Source: Nemertoderma westbladi (taxonomy: Eukaryota; Animalia; Xenacoelomorpha). Taken from it: a stretch of DNA of 64,000 nt. This document shows, one piece after another, positions 13,140-24,000 of the stretch (positions are counted from its first letter, which is position 1; every line of letters begins with the position of its first letter). Location of the stretch: positions 8,333 to 72,332 of the forward strand of contig JAUCBJ010005355.1 of NCBI GenBank assembly GCA_032718475.1, read 5' to 3'. The translations under genes were made by a program, and so were the position numbers. The notes below the pieces were generated by a model, which worked only from the letters and a program-made list of their open reading frames with translations, was not told the DNA's origin and did not search any database.

Positions 13140-16100
13140 CAAGGAATGTCTGTGCACCACCACGGGTTATCTTCCACAGTAAACTCTTCAACTCTGTGTC
13201 CTAAAGGAATGCCTGTTCACCACCATGGGTTATCTTCCATAGTAAACCCTTTCATTCTGTTTCCTAAAGGAATGCCTGTTCACCACCATGGTGATCTTCC
13301 ACAGTAAACCCTTCCACTCTGTTTCCTAAAGGAATGCATGTTCACCACCATGGTGATCTTCCACAGTAAACCCTTCCAACTCTGTTTCCTAAAGGAATGC
13401 ATGTTCGCCACCATGGGTGATCTTCCACAGTAAACCCTTCCACTCTGTTTCCTAAAGGAATGCATGTTCACCACCATGGGTGATCTTCCACAGTAAACCC
13501 TTTTACTCTGTTTCCTAAAGGAATGCCTGTTCACCACCATGGTGATCTTCCACAGTAAACCCTTCCACTCTGTTTCCTAAAGGAATGCATGTTCGCCACC
13601 ATGGGTGATCTTCCACAGTAAACCCTTTTACTCTGTTTCCTAAAGGAATGCCTGTTCACCACCATGGTGATCTTCCACAGTAAACCCTTCCAACTCTGGT
13701 TCCTAAAGGAATGCCTGTTCACCACCATGGGTGATCTTCCACAGTAAACCCTTTTACTCTGTTTCCTAAAGGAATGCCTGTTCACCACCATGGTGATCTT
13801 CCACAGTAAACCCTTCCAACTCTGGTTCCTAAAGGAATGACTGTTCACCACCATGGGTGATGACTTCCACAGTAAAACCTTCCAGCTCTGTTTCCTAAAG
13901 GAATGCCTGTTCACCACCATTGGTGATCTTCATCTTCCACAGTAAACCCTTCCACTTTGTTTCCTAAAGGAATGCCTGTTCACCACCATGGTGATCTTCC
14001 ACAGTAAACCCTTCCAACTCTGGTTCCTAAAGGAATGACTGTTCACCACCATGGGTGATGACTTCCACAGTAAAACCTTCCAGCTCTGTTTCCTAAATGA
14101 ATGCCTGTTCACCACCATGGATGATCTTCCACAGTAAACCCTTCCACTTTGTTTCCTAAAGGAATGCCTGTTCACCACCATTGGTGATCTTCCACAGTAG
14201 ACCCTTCCACTCTGTTTCTTAAAGGAATGCCTGTTCACCACCATGGGTGATCTTCCACAGTAAACCCTTCCAACTCTGGTTCCTAAAGGAATGCATGTTC
14301 GCCACCATGGGTGATCTTCCACAGTAAACCCTTCCACTCTGTTTCCTAAAGGAATGCATGTTCACCACCATGGGTGATCTTCCACAGTAAACCCTTTTAC
14401 TCTGTTTCCTAAAGGAATGCCTGTTCACCACCATGGTGATCTTCCACAGTAAACCCTTCCACTCTGTTTTCTAAAGGAATGCATGTTCACCACCATGGTG
14501 ATCTTCCACAGTAAACCCTTCCAACTCTGGTTCCTAAAGGAATGCATGTTCGCCACCATGGGTGATCTTCCACAGTAAACCCTTCCACTCTGTTTCCTAA
14601 AGGAATGCATGTTCACCACCATGGGTGATCTTCCACAGTAAACCCTTTTACTCTGTTTCCTAAAGGAATGCCTGTTCACCACCATGGTGATCTTCCACAG
14701 TAAACCCTTCCACTCTGTTTCCTAAAGGAATGCATGTTCGCCACCATGGGTGATCTTCCACAGTAAACCCTTTTACTCTGTTTCCTAAAGGAATGCCTGT
14801 TCACCACCATGGTGATCTTCCACAGTAAACCCTTCCAACTCTGGTTCCTAAAGGAATGCCTGTTCACCACCATGGGTGATCTTCCACAGTAAACCCTTTT
14901 ACTCTGTTTCCTAAAGGAATGCCTGTTCACCACCATGGTGATCTTCCACAGTAAACCCTTCCACTCTGTTTCCTAAAGGAATTCATGTTCACCACCATGG
15001 TGATCTTCCACAGTAAACCCTTCCAACTCTGGTTCCTAAAGGAATGCATGTTCGCCACCATGGGTGATCTTCCACAGTAAACCCTTCCACTCTGTTTCCT
15101 AAAGGAATGCCTGTTCACCACCACGGGTGATCTTCCACAGTAAACCCTTCCAACTCTGGTTCCTAAAGGAATGACTGTTCACCACCATGGGTGATGACTT
15201 CCACAGTAAAACCTTCTAGCTCTGTTTCCTAAAGGAATGCCTGTTCACCACCATGGTGATCTTCCACAGTAAACCGTTCCAATCTGTTTCCTAAAGGAAT
15301 GCCTGTTCACCACCATGATGGGTGATCTTCCACAGTAAACCCTTCCAACTCTGGTTCCTAAAGGAATGACTGTTCACCACCATGGGTGATAAATTCCACA
15401 GTAAAACCTTCCAGCTCTGTTTCCTAAAGGAATGCCTGTTCACCAACATGGTGATCTTCCACAGTAAACCCTTCCAACTCTGGTTCCTAAAGGAATGACT
15501 GTTCACCACCATGGGTGATAAATTCCACAGTAAAACCTTCCAGCTCTGTTTCCTAAAGGAATGCCTGTTCACCACCATGGTGATCTTCCACAGTAAACCC
15601 TTCCAACTCTGGTTCCTAAAGGAATGCCTGTTCACCACCATGGTGATCTTCCACAGTAAACCCTTCCAACTCTGGTTCCTAAAGGAATGACTGTTCACCA
15701 CCATGGGTGATCTTCCACAGTAAACCCTTTTACTCTGTTTCCTAAAGGAATGCCTGTTCACCACCATGGTGATCTTCCACAGTAAACCCTTCCAACTCTG
15801 GTTCCTAAAGGAATGCCTGTTCACCACCATGGGTGATCTTCCACAGTAAACCGTTTTACTCTGTTTCCTAAAGGAATGCCTGTTCACCACCATGGTGATC
15901 TTCCACAGTAAACCCTTCCAACTCTGGTTCCTAAAGGAATGACTGTTCACCACCATGGGTGATGACTTCCACAGTAAAACCTTCCAGCTCTGTTTCCTAA
16001 AGGAATGCCTGTTCACCACCATTGGTGATCTTCATCTTCCACAGTAAACCCTTCCACTTTGTTTCCTAAAGGAATGCCTGTTCACCACCATGGTGATCTT

Positions 16101-16694
16101 CCACAGTAAACCCTTCCAACTCTGGTTCCTAAAGGAATGACTGTTCACCACCATGGGTGATGACTTCCACAGTAAAACCTTCCAGCTCTGTTTCCTAAAG
16201 GAATGCCTGTTCACCACCATGGATGATCTTCCACAGTAAACCCTTCCACTTTGTTTCCTAAAGGAATGCCTGTTCACCACCATTGGTGATCTTCCACAGT
16301 AGACCCTTCCACTCTGTTTCCTAAAGGAATGCCTGTTCACCACCATGGGTGATCTTCCACAGTAAACCCTTCCAACTCTGGTTCCTAAAGGAATGCATGT
16401 TCGCCACCATGGGTGATCTTCCACAGTAAACCCTTCCACTCTGTTTCCTAAAGGAATGCATGTTCACCACCATGGGTGATCTTCCACAGTAAACCCTTTT
16501 ACTCTGTTTCCTAAAGGAATGCCTGTTCACCACCATGGTGATCTTCCACAGTAAACCCTTCCACTCTGTTTCCTAAAGGAATGCATGTTCACCACCATGG
16601 TGATCTTCCACAGTAAACCCTTCCAACTCTGGTTCCTAAAGGAATGCATGTTCGCCACCATGGGTGATCTTCCACAGTAAACCCTTCCACTCTG
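13140..16694 (-). repeat. 63-bp satellite, ~56 copies, inverted relative to 11337-12022 and cut off by the LTR
   Basis: Reverse complement of the same unit with 62-67 bp variants; SINE tail remnant at 13115-13145; ends abruptly at the LTR TG. Confidence 0.97.
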
Positions 16695-17943
16695 TGTTCG
16701 CGCTTTTGAAGACCTTTAGCAGTTTAACCTGCCAAAATTTATATGTCTTTTAGTTAATTAAAAACCACTTTAGCATACGACAATATTTTATGCTAATACG
16801 CAAAACACTAGCCGAAGTCAGCCCATGCGCGATCATTCACCCGATGGATCTACACCCGGGAGACTGAATTCGGATGCTTAAATTTTATTATTGCAGTGTA
16901 AGGTTGCAGTGTATACCTACTGTATTATTCGATAGATCGTTAATAATTAATCTCTGACAGATATTATTGGCTTTCGGGAAATATTAACAGTTCCTTTAGG
17001 ACGTGGCGCTTTATCTATTTAAACAGAACTAAGACTTATACTAAAACGCAACGATACTGCTTATGATTGAAGTATAAAGCGTATTCTTTAGGAAATACTT
17101 TGTTACCAATCATAATCATACACTCTATTCTGCCGACCGTCAGTATATTTGATCACACATAAAGAGAGCAGCAATTGACTCACGTAGGGTCTGCTAAATA
17201 ACATTGGATTCAATACACACCACATTAATATAAATCGCAATTGTTATGTATAGCCGGTCTCTCTAACCTGTAGTGTATCAAGAAAATTGGGAATTTGGGT
17301 GATTTATCCGTATTATCCAAAGAGCAATATTTCCATCAACAAATAGGTACAATTAATAACTGACGGTAAAATAACAGTACAAACAATATGATTAATGCAA
17401 TTAAATTAAGTGAGCATGTTAATTAGTGAGTTATTGAGATTAGTTAGGGTAACAGTTTATACTTTCGATAATTCAAGCAGTTTTACTAGAGTTCTTCCCA
17501 AAAAGCCGGTGTTTCTGGCTTAGACAGCAATAACAACAAAGTATCAAGTAAAAACAGTAAGACTGAACACTCTCCTTATGATCGGCCGAAAAGCTACACG
17601 TCGACAGGAAAAATCGCTCTGATTGGCTCAAGCCAAACAAAGAACCATGCGTCCAATGGCTGTTTCCATGTCAGCAACCAGCTGTTAGATGTCGTAATAT
17701 GAATCATCACGGCTAAGCTGTGAAAGGTAGTTGGTGCATTGCAGGTTTTTTGCCTTACCATGTCCGCCAAAACACGTATATAGCAGAATGACTTTTATGT
17801 CCGTTAAAACACCTGTAACGGTACCTTGCGGGCGAGGGGAATATATATACAGTTAGAGAACCTTTTTAGAGTATTCCAGCGCCTGGGGGGAAACTGGATT
17901 GCGAAGCAAAAGGGGCCAGTTATATCCCACAGAAGCTTTTACA
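16695..17943 (-). repeat. 3' LTR
   Basis: tgttcgcgc...ttttaca; matches 27968-29217 with roughly 20 differences by eye. Confidence 0.95.
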
Positions 17944-18021
17944 CCGCTCCCAGAAAATGGGATTTGAGTCTATAAATATACAAAAATCACAGTTTCTAAT
18001 ATACGTAAATACTCTAAACAG

Positions 18022-19470
18022 TTAGTCTTTCTTGCGCGGACGGCGTTTACGCAGTTTTTTAAAGCTAGCAAGAGTCCTTTTCTCTTTGGGGCGAGCCACT
18101 TTACGAGGAGGGCTATAACTCCTGGGTGAAGGGTGCAATATGATTGCATCAGAAGGTATGGGATTGCGATCGGTATATCCGCCGGTCGAAGTACCGGGTT
18201 GATTGACATCAACGTCCGGGGAGAGGGGTCTAACGGCTTTGAGAGCTCGTTTCAAGACAGCCGCTCTTACGGGTCCTTTACGAGTGGTCTGAACGAGGGC
18301 CGTGGGTGGACCATAGGCAGTTAGAAACTTCCTTGGTTTAATGGTTCTTTCCAACTCGCGTTCGCGGGCTCTGTACTCGTAAGGCCGTCGATATACTTCC
18401 TGTAACTCAGGGTGTGAGTTGACAAATAAGTCTCCATAGGCCGGATCTTGACGGATAAAGTTTATTAAGTTATACGAATTGATGTCACTCGGATTAATGC
18501 TCCTGAGGAATTTGCGTACATATTTGGTTGAAATACATTCTCCAACGCGCTTCAATAGTTCATAACTTGATAGGCGCGATTTCTGCTCGACGGAGGCAAA
18601 CAAATATGGATGGAACGCATAAACTCCTTCGTAGGCGCGTCCAGGATAATAGCGATGGCGTGAATCACAATGTAAATCGGTGTTCGCTTCCCAAGCTCTG
18701 ATGTAACGTAGTGTGATCATTTCATCTACGCTTTCCAAATCGTGATTAAAAGGGCAATCGAAACTGGCATGTCCCTTTAGTTGACAATGGTGACATTGAG
18801 TCATAAATTGAGGGCAAACCGCAAAAATGTGCAAATTATTAAATCTGCAATACGCGCAATAAATTTCCATCGCCGGTTGTTCGTGGAAATAGGAACAGCG
18901 AACGTTTGTGTCCATGGGCGTAACATGGTCTCTCGATGCGCATAACCGACAACGTTGCCGAGAAACATAGTTGGCATGGCGATAATCGTACGCAGTGAGA
19001 CACTGTGGACCTTGATACCATTCTAGGATGTAATCGTTGTCGCTGTTCCGAGCGCGATAGGCTGAATCTCCTCAGATTCTAGGCATATTGGTTCGTCTTC
19101 CCAGTCTGTTACGAATAGAATTTTCGTGATCTATTCTCGGTTTATCGTTACGACGCCGCTGGGTATGATATTTAAATAGAACCATTTCCCTTTCGGTGTC
19201 TACATCGTCCGTATCATGTAAATCGATAGGATGGCCGGTAGTTAAGAAGTCCATATACGTACCATTACGATGCGTATAGCGAGCGGTTAATTTTCAATAG
19301 TCCAATTCACGCGTAAGTTGCTCTTGGGACATCGGCGGTTCGATATAACGACCATCGTCCTCCGTAATAGTCGGATCGGCTTCACCGCGTATCAAGCTAT
19401 CCACAAACGCTTGTAAAGGTAGAGTATATCACTCTCTAATACCAAGGTCATCTTCTATCAATTCCGTCAT
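18022..19470 (-). CDS. Accessory ORF of the LTR element: tandem zinc-knuckle protein with basic tail (297 aa from ATG 18915; 482 codons from ATG 19470 through three in-frame TGA)
   Basis: Motifs CRLCASRDH, CAYCRFNNLHIFAVC and CHHCQLKGHASFDC; C-terminus KKLRKRRPRKKD. One frame from 19470 is interrupted only by TGA at 19431-19429, 19296-19294 and 19074-19072. Confidence 0.65.
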
Positions 19471-21092
19471 ATCTGCTATCTGAGTTTATTAATATCAATA
19501 TAAGTTAATATTTTAGGCAAGCGGGCGTCGCTGCCTACTAGGCTTTTGCCCCCGGACAGTGGGTTTCTCAGCGCCGATGTACCGCTGTCGCAGTGTTTAC
19601 GCCAACATGTAGCAACAGCACGACAACGATAACCGGCACAAGTCCCACCACTGTCCGTCCCAAAGGCTTGAATCCACTTGAGGTTATCTCGGTAGAGTTA
19701 GGGCTATTTTACAATTGCGATTAGCTACTGTAAACACACTTTAGTAGTAACATTCACCTATAAACGCACAAATTCCATACAATCATTGCTTACTGCACAC
19801 ATGCATGCCATTTGTCCGTTAGTCAGTGTCTTCCAGAATGTCACGTTATTACTATGTATCCTTGGATACTAATAGTGCGCTATATATACTCTTATGCTAC
19901 GCAATGGGGCAAGCCTTTTATTGTTCCTTTAACTTGCTTCTAATTCTAGCGTGGGTGTTGCCATGGTGACATTATGGAAAACTAGCGGTAGAATTAGGGT
20001 AATTCTCATGCATACAGATCTGGGATGTTATTTAATAGTAATTCTTTAATTGTCAATATCCTCTTTATGCATGATTTTATAAAATTTATCGGTTATTGAC
20101 TATATATTGGAGATTCTCGCACTCTAGTACACTCAATATGAATCTCCGCTCCCATGATCTATTAATTACTGGAATTTTGGGAATGTTATAAATTGCACAA
20201 AATGACAATTTATGAAATTCATTTGAATATGAATTTAATTTATTCCCGTGAATTTTATTATTTGATGTTAAAATTGACACAATTTGATTCCAGAGCAGGT
20301 CTGGGGACATAGGATCCTTAATTCTATGAAATTTGTCTTTTAAGAATATCGGTAAGGGCTACGATATCTTAATCGACTAGAATTGTTAACGGATCTGAAT
20401 TTTACAGATTTTAATAAATATTAAATTAATATTTAGGATGGGCACCGATTTATTCCAGAACTTGACTGGGGACGTTAACCACTGATTCTAGAATTTGTCT
20501 TTCAAGTATATCGGTGGGTGCCACGATATCTTAATCGACTAGAATTACAGATGGTCAAAAGGTTTAACAGATTTATTTGCGTTTTACGCTACTGTTAGAG
20601 GGACATCACGCTACTATATGTATTATTTGTTATAAGGTAGAAGAGCAATATCGCACGAAGCAATGTCAGTGTGAAGAGGCAAGTCGTTTCCAAGGTCTAC
20701 CCAGAGCTTGGTTTAGCCGAGACACGAGGATCTGAACTTTGCATTCCTAATACTCTGCCTACCAATAATACTTAAATATAGTAGTGGCTTTATTGTACTT
20801 TAAGAAGTACTGACATGTCATCTTACTATAGTCTCGCATTTATAATATAATACGGACAGTAAGGAAAGAGAAAATAATTACTTCTTGCCGTCGCACTAAA
20901 TATATATTATAAGTAATTAAATACGTAATAAACACTAATATATTGCACTAATTTACTAAATATTCTAAAATAACATTCTACTAAATAAAATTAAAGAAAA
21001 CGATTATAATAAAATTACATAATAATACATACATAAATATAAAATAAAAACAAATATAAAATGATATAGTCACACGCCCACTCCATATGTTA

Positions 21093-24000
21093 TTACGTTA
21101 TGGAGTCCCTAGATATTTGTCGGATTAGGGAAGTGGTCGTAGGAAGAGTATCTTGCCTTCCATAGTTTCCGGACAGTTTTCGGTCTCTTTCCAGTAAACA
21201 TAAACGACTAGCTGGGCGATTGAGTGGTTGTGTTAGTTTCTCCGCTCCCTTGGCCTGTCTACTCTCCGCCGTGGTAAGATGAGGAGGCCATTCTTCTTCT
21301 TCTTTACTTAAGAAGTCGGATCCACCTAACCAGCCTGGAGTATCTATCAGTTCTTGAGGAGTTGCTCCTCTGGAAGCGATGTCGGCTGGATTAATCGTCC
21401 CAAGGCAATGTCTCCATTGATCTACATTGGAGTTAATATCGTCATTATCTGAGGAGTATGGTGTTCCCTCAGTTGGGTCGTCCACATCACTGCTCTCCAC
21501 TTCCCCCTTTACTTGGTATACCTGTTGTTGAGGTAATCTCTCTTTGAGAGTTCTACGGGAAGGGCCAGTGAAGTACCAACCTACTCTAGTTCTTACCGCA
21601 TAGGTTTGTAGTGGCTGTGGTTGAGCAGGCCGTTTCTCTAATGGCTCGAGCGCCTCATGCGCGTTTTGGCCGATGAGTATTTGCACTCCAGGATAATCGG
21701 TTTGGAATCGAGGTATCTCAAGATGTTGGATGCACTCGTCCTCGTCCCAGTTATAAGGTTCTGCTTGAGTAGTAGCAAAGTTCTTTATAGCCACCATTTT
21801 TACTGACCTTATACCTTGTGTTCCTAACTTATCCTGGGGGGTGGACAACACACCTACATAGTAATCTGCCGTTAGGGTAGATTTCCAAACCTGCATAATT
21901 CCTGACATATTCAATTTAGTCCGGAACTTGGGTTGTCCAGCAAAGATATCTTCGGCTAGTTCTTGATCGATGAATGTTCCTGTGCTGCCGGAGTCAAGTA
22001 GGGCGTTCACTATGTAACTCTTGTTGGGACCATGAACTCGAACTTGCACTACAGGAAATTCTCTTATTCCTATGTTGGAAGTTGGAACTTTCCAAGATGG
22101 TTGTTTGTCAAAAGGAGTTGGAGTAAACTCGTCAGTGTCCTTTTCATCCGTAAGTGCTCGATACACTGTGGTATTTATTAGATAACAGGATTCGTTGGCA
22201 TCGGAGAATTCGTCTGTATAGAATCCTTCCCACTCAGAACCTTGGTCAGTGTCGTTCACATCACTGAATTGGACATGTAGTTCGGGCTCACTTACCTGAC
22301 TCGGGTTGTCTCGTTCGAACTCACTGTGTAACAAGATGTGATGTTTCGCGCCACACTTTGCACACTTTACGTCGGAGTAACAGGTTCGCCGTTGGTGTCC
22401 TGATCTGAGGCAATTATAGCATAGCCGCTTATTCCACAGGACTGTACGTCTGTCTACAGGGGATTTCTTTAGAAATTCAGCACACGCACTCAAACGGTGA
22501 GGCCCGTCGCACAGCGCACATTTTGGTTTGATGTTACTCACCTTAACTTGGTTAACGTTATGCACTCTCGTTCTTTCTTCGGGCTTTCTTCCGTGAATTC
22601 TCTTAGGAGACGTAGGAGGAGTTGTTGTTACCTGTTCTCTCCTGTCACTGGTTCGAGACTTGTATTTACTTACGTCTTTATAGGTCTTGTTGTCATAGTA
22701 AGATTTTGCTGTGTCTTTCCCGCTGTCCTCTTCTTGAGAAGCTTGGCTTTCGCCGTCGTCAGTATAACACACTGGTATTATCCTTCTCCTAGAAACGGGT
22801 TTCTCACTTACCTTATTTTCCGATGTTTTCTCTCTGGACTGCCTTATGAGTTGTAATTTTACTTCACTATCTAAGAAAGACATGAGATCAGCCATGGTAG
22901 GACTTCGTCGTTGTTGTTCATTCATGTACAACACTTTCTTGTCCCAGCGTGTACATACTCCACCCTTTGGTAAAGTAGAGACTACGGCTCCAATAACCAT
23001 GGAACTCTGATATTCATGCGACTTACCTAACCAGTCCAGTTGTCTACAGATCTCTTGAATTTCATCGGAAAACTCTATAATCTCGCTACTAAGGAAGTGT
23101 CGGGGGGCTACTAATTTTGCATACAAATACTTAGCTATGTTATCCTTGTTACCATACCTGATGTTTAATGTATCCCAAACTTGTCTTAATCCATCTGGAT
23201 GTCCAATAAACTTTAACGCCATTAACTTGGGAGGTCCTTCCAAACACTTGATGAGGAATCTAAGTTTCTCTCCGTTAGATAGTACAGAATTCTGTATGCT
23301 ATCTTTGTAATATTCGTTGAAAGGTAACCATTTCATCTCATCTCCATTGAATTTGACGATCTCTCCCACTTTGACCGCTTGGCGGGCTTCTGTTCTAGCC
23401 ATCTGACGCGTAAAGCTTTCTTGGGCCATCGTGTTATTTAATATCGAATTATCGGTATATAAATTTCTCGGATCATTATCAGGTCTATAGGGAATATCAT
23501 TAACAACAGGTTTATAATCACCCTTAATAGGGTTTGCTATAGGAGTTTCTACTTCACTAGCAGTATAGATGCGTGTAGGCTCCACACCTTGCGCATGTAA
23601 TACTTCAGACCTAACGGGTTGACACAATGTTACAGGGGGCATTGGTATGCCTTTTTGTATATTGACTAATTTGTCGCGTTCTAGCGCGATACTTTGCTGC
23701 ACTTCTTGCAACTCTGCTCTACCTTCCCTTACTGTTCCCTTAAGTTGGTGGACAGTCTCCTGCATCTGTCCTAGCAGGAGATTCATCCCCCGCCGTCCCT
23801 CTTCCACCCACTCAACCGCCGAAGCGGGAGTCGCCAACATAGTAGCGGGCTGACGCGGGACGACGGGAGACAAATTATTGATTTCTCTCTCTGCTATCTG
23901 GACAGGGGTATTTGCATGGACTGTTCCACCGGGTACAGGCAGTGTAGTACTATGTAAAGGGAATTTAGAGTTAAGCTCTTGAAGTGTAGGGGTCTCTAGC

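Noticed and set aside
11435-16536. MVVNRHSFRKQ repeat ORFs
   Set aside because: 63-bp SINE-derived satellite with frequent frame-breaking indels.
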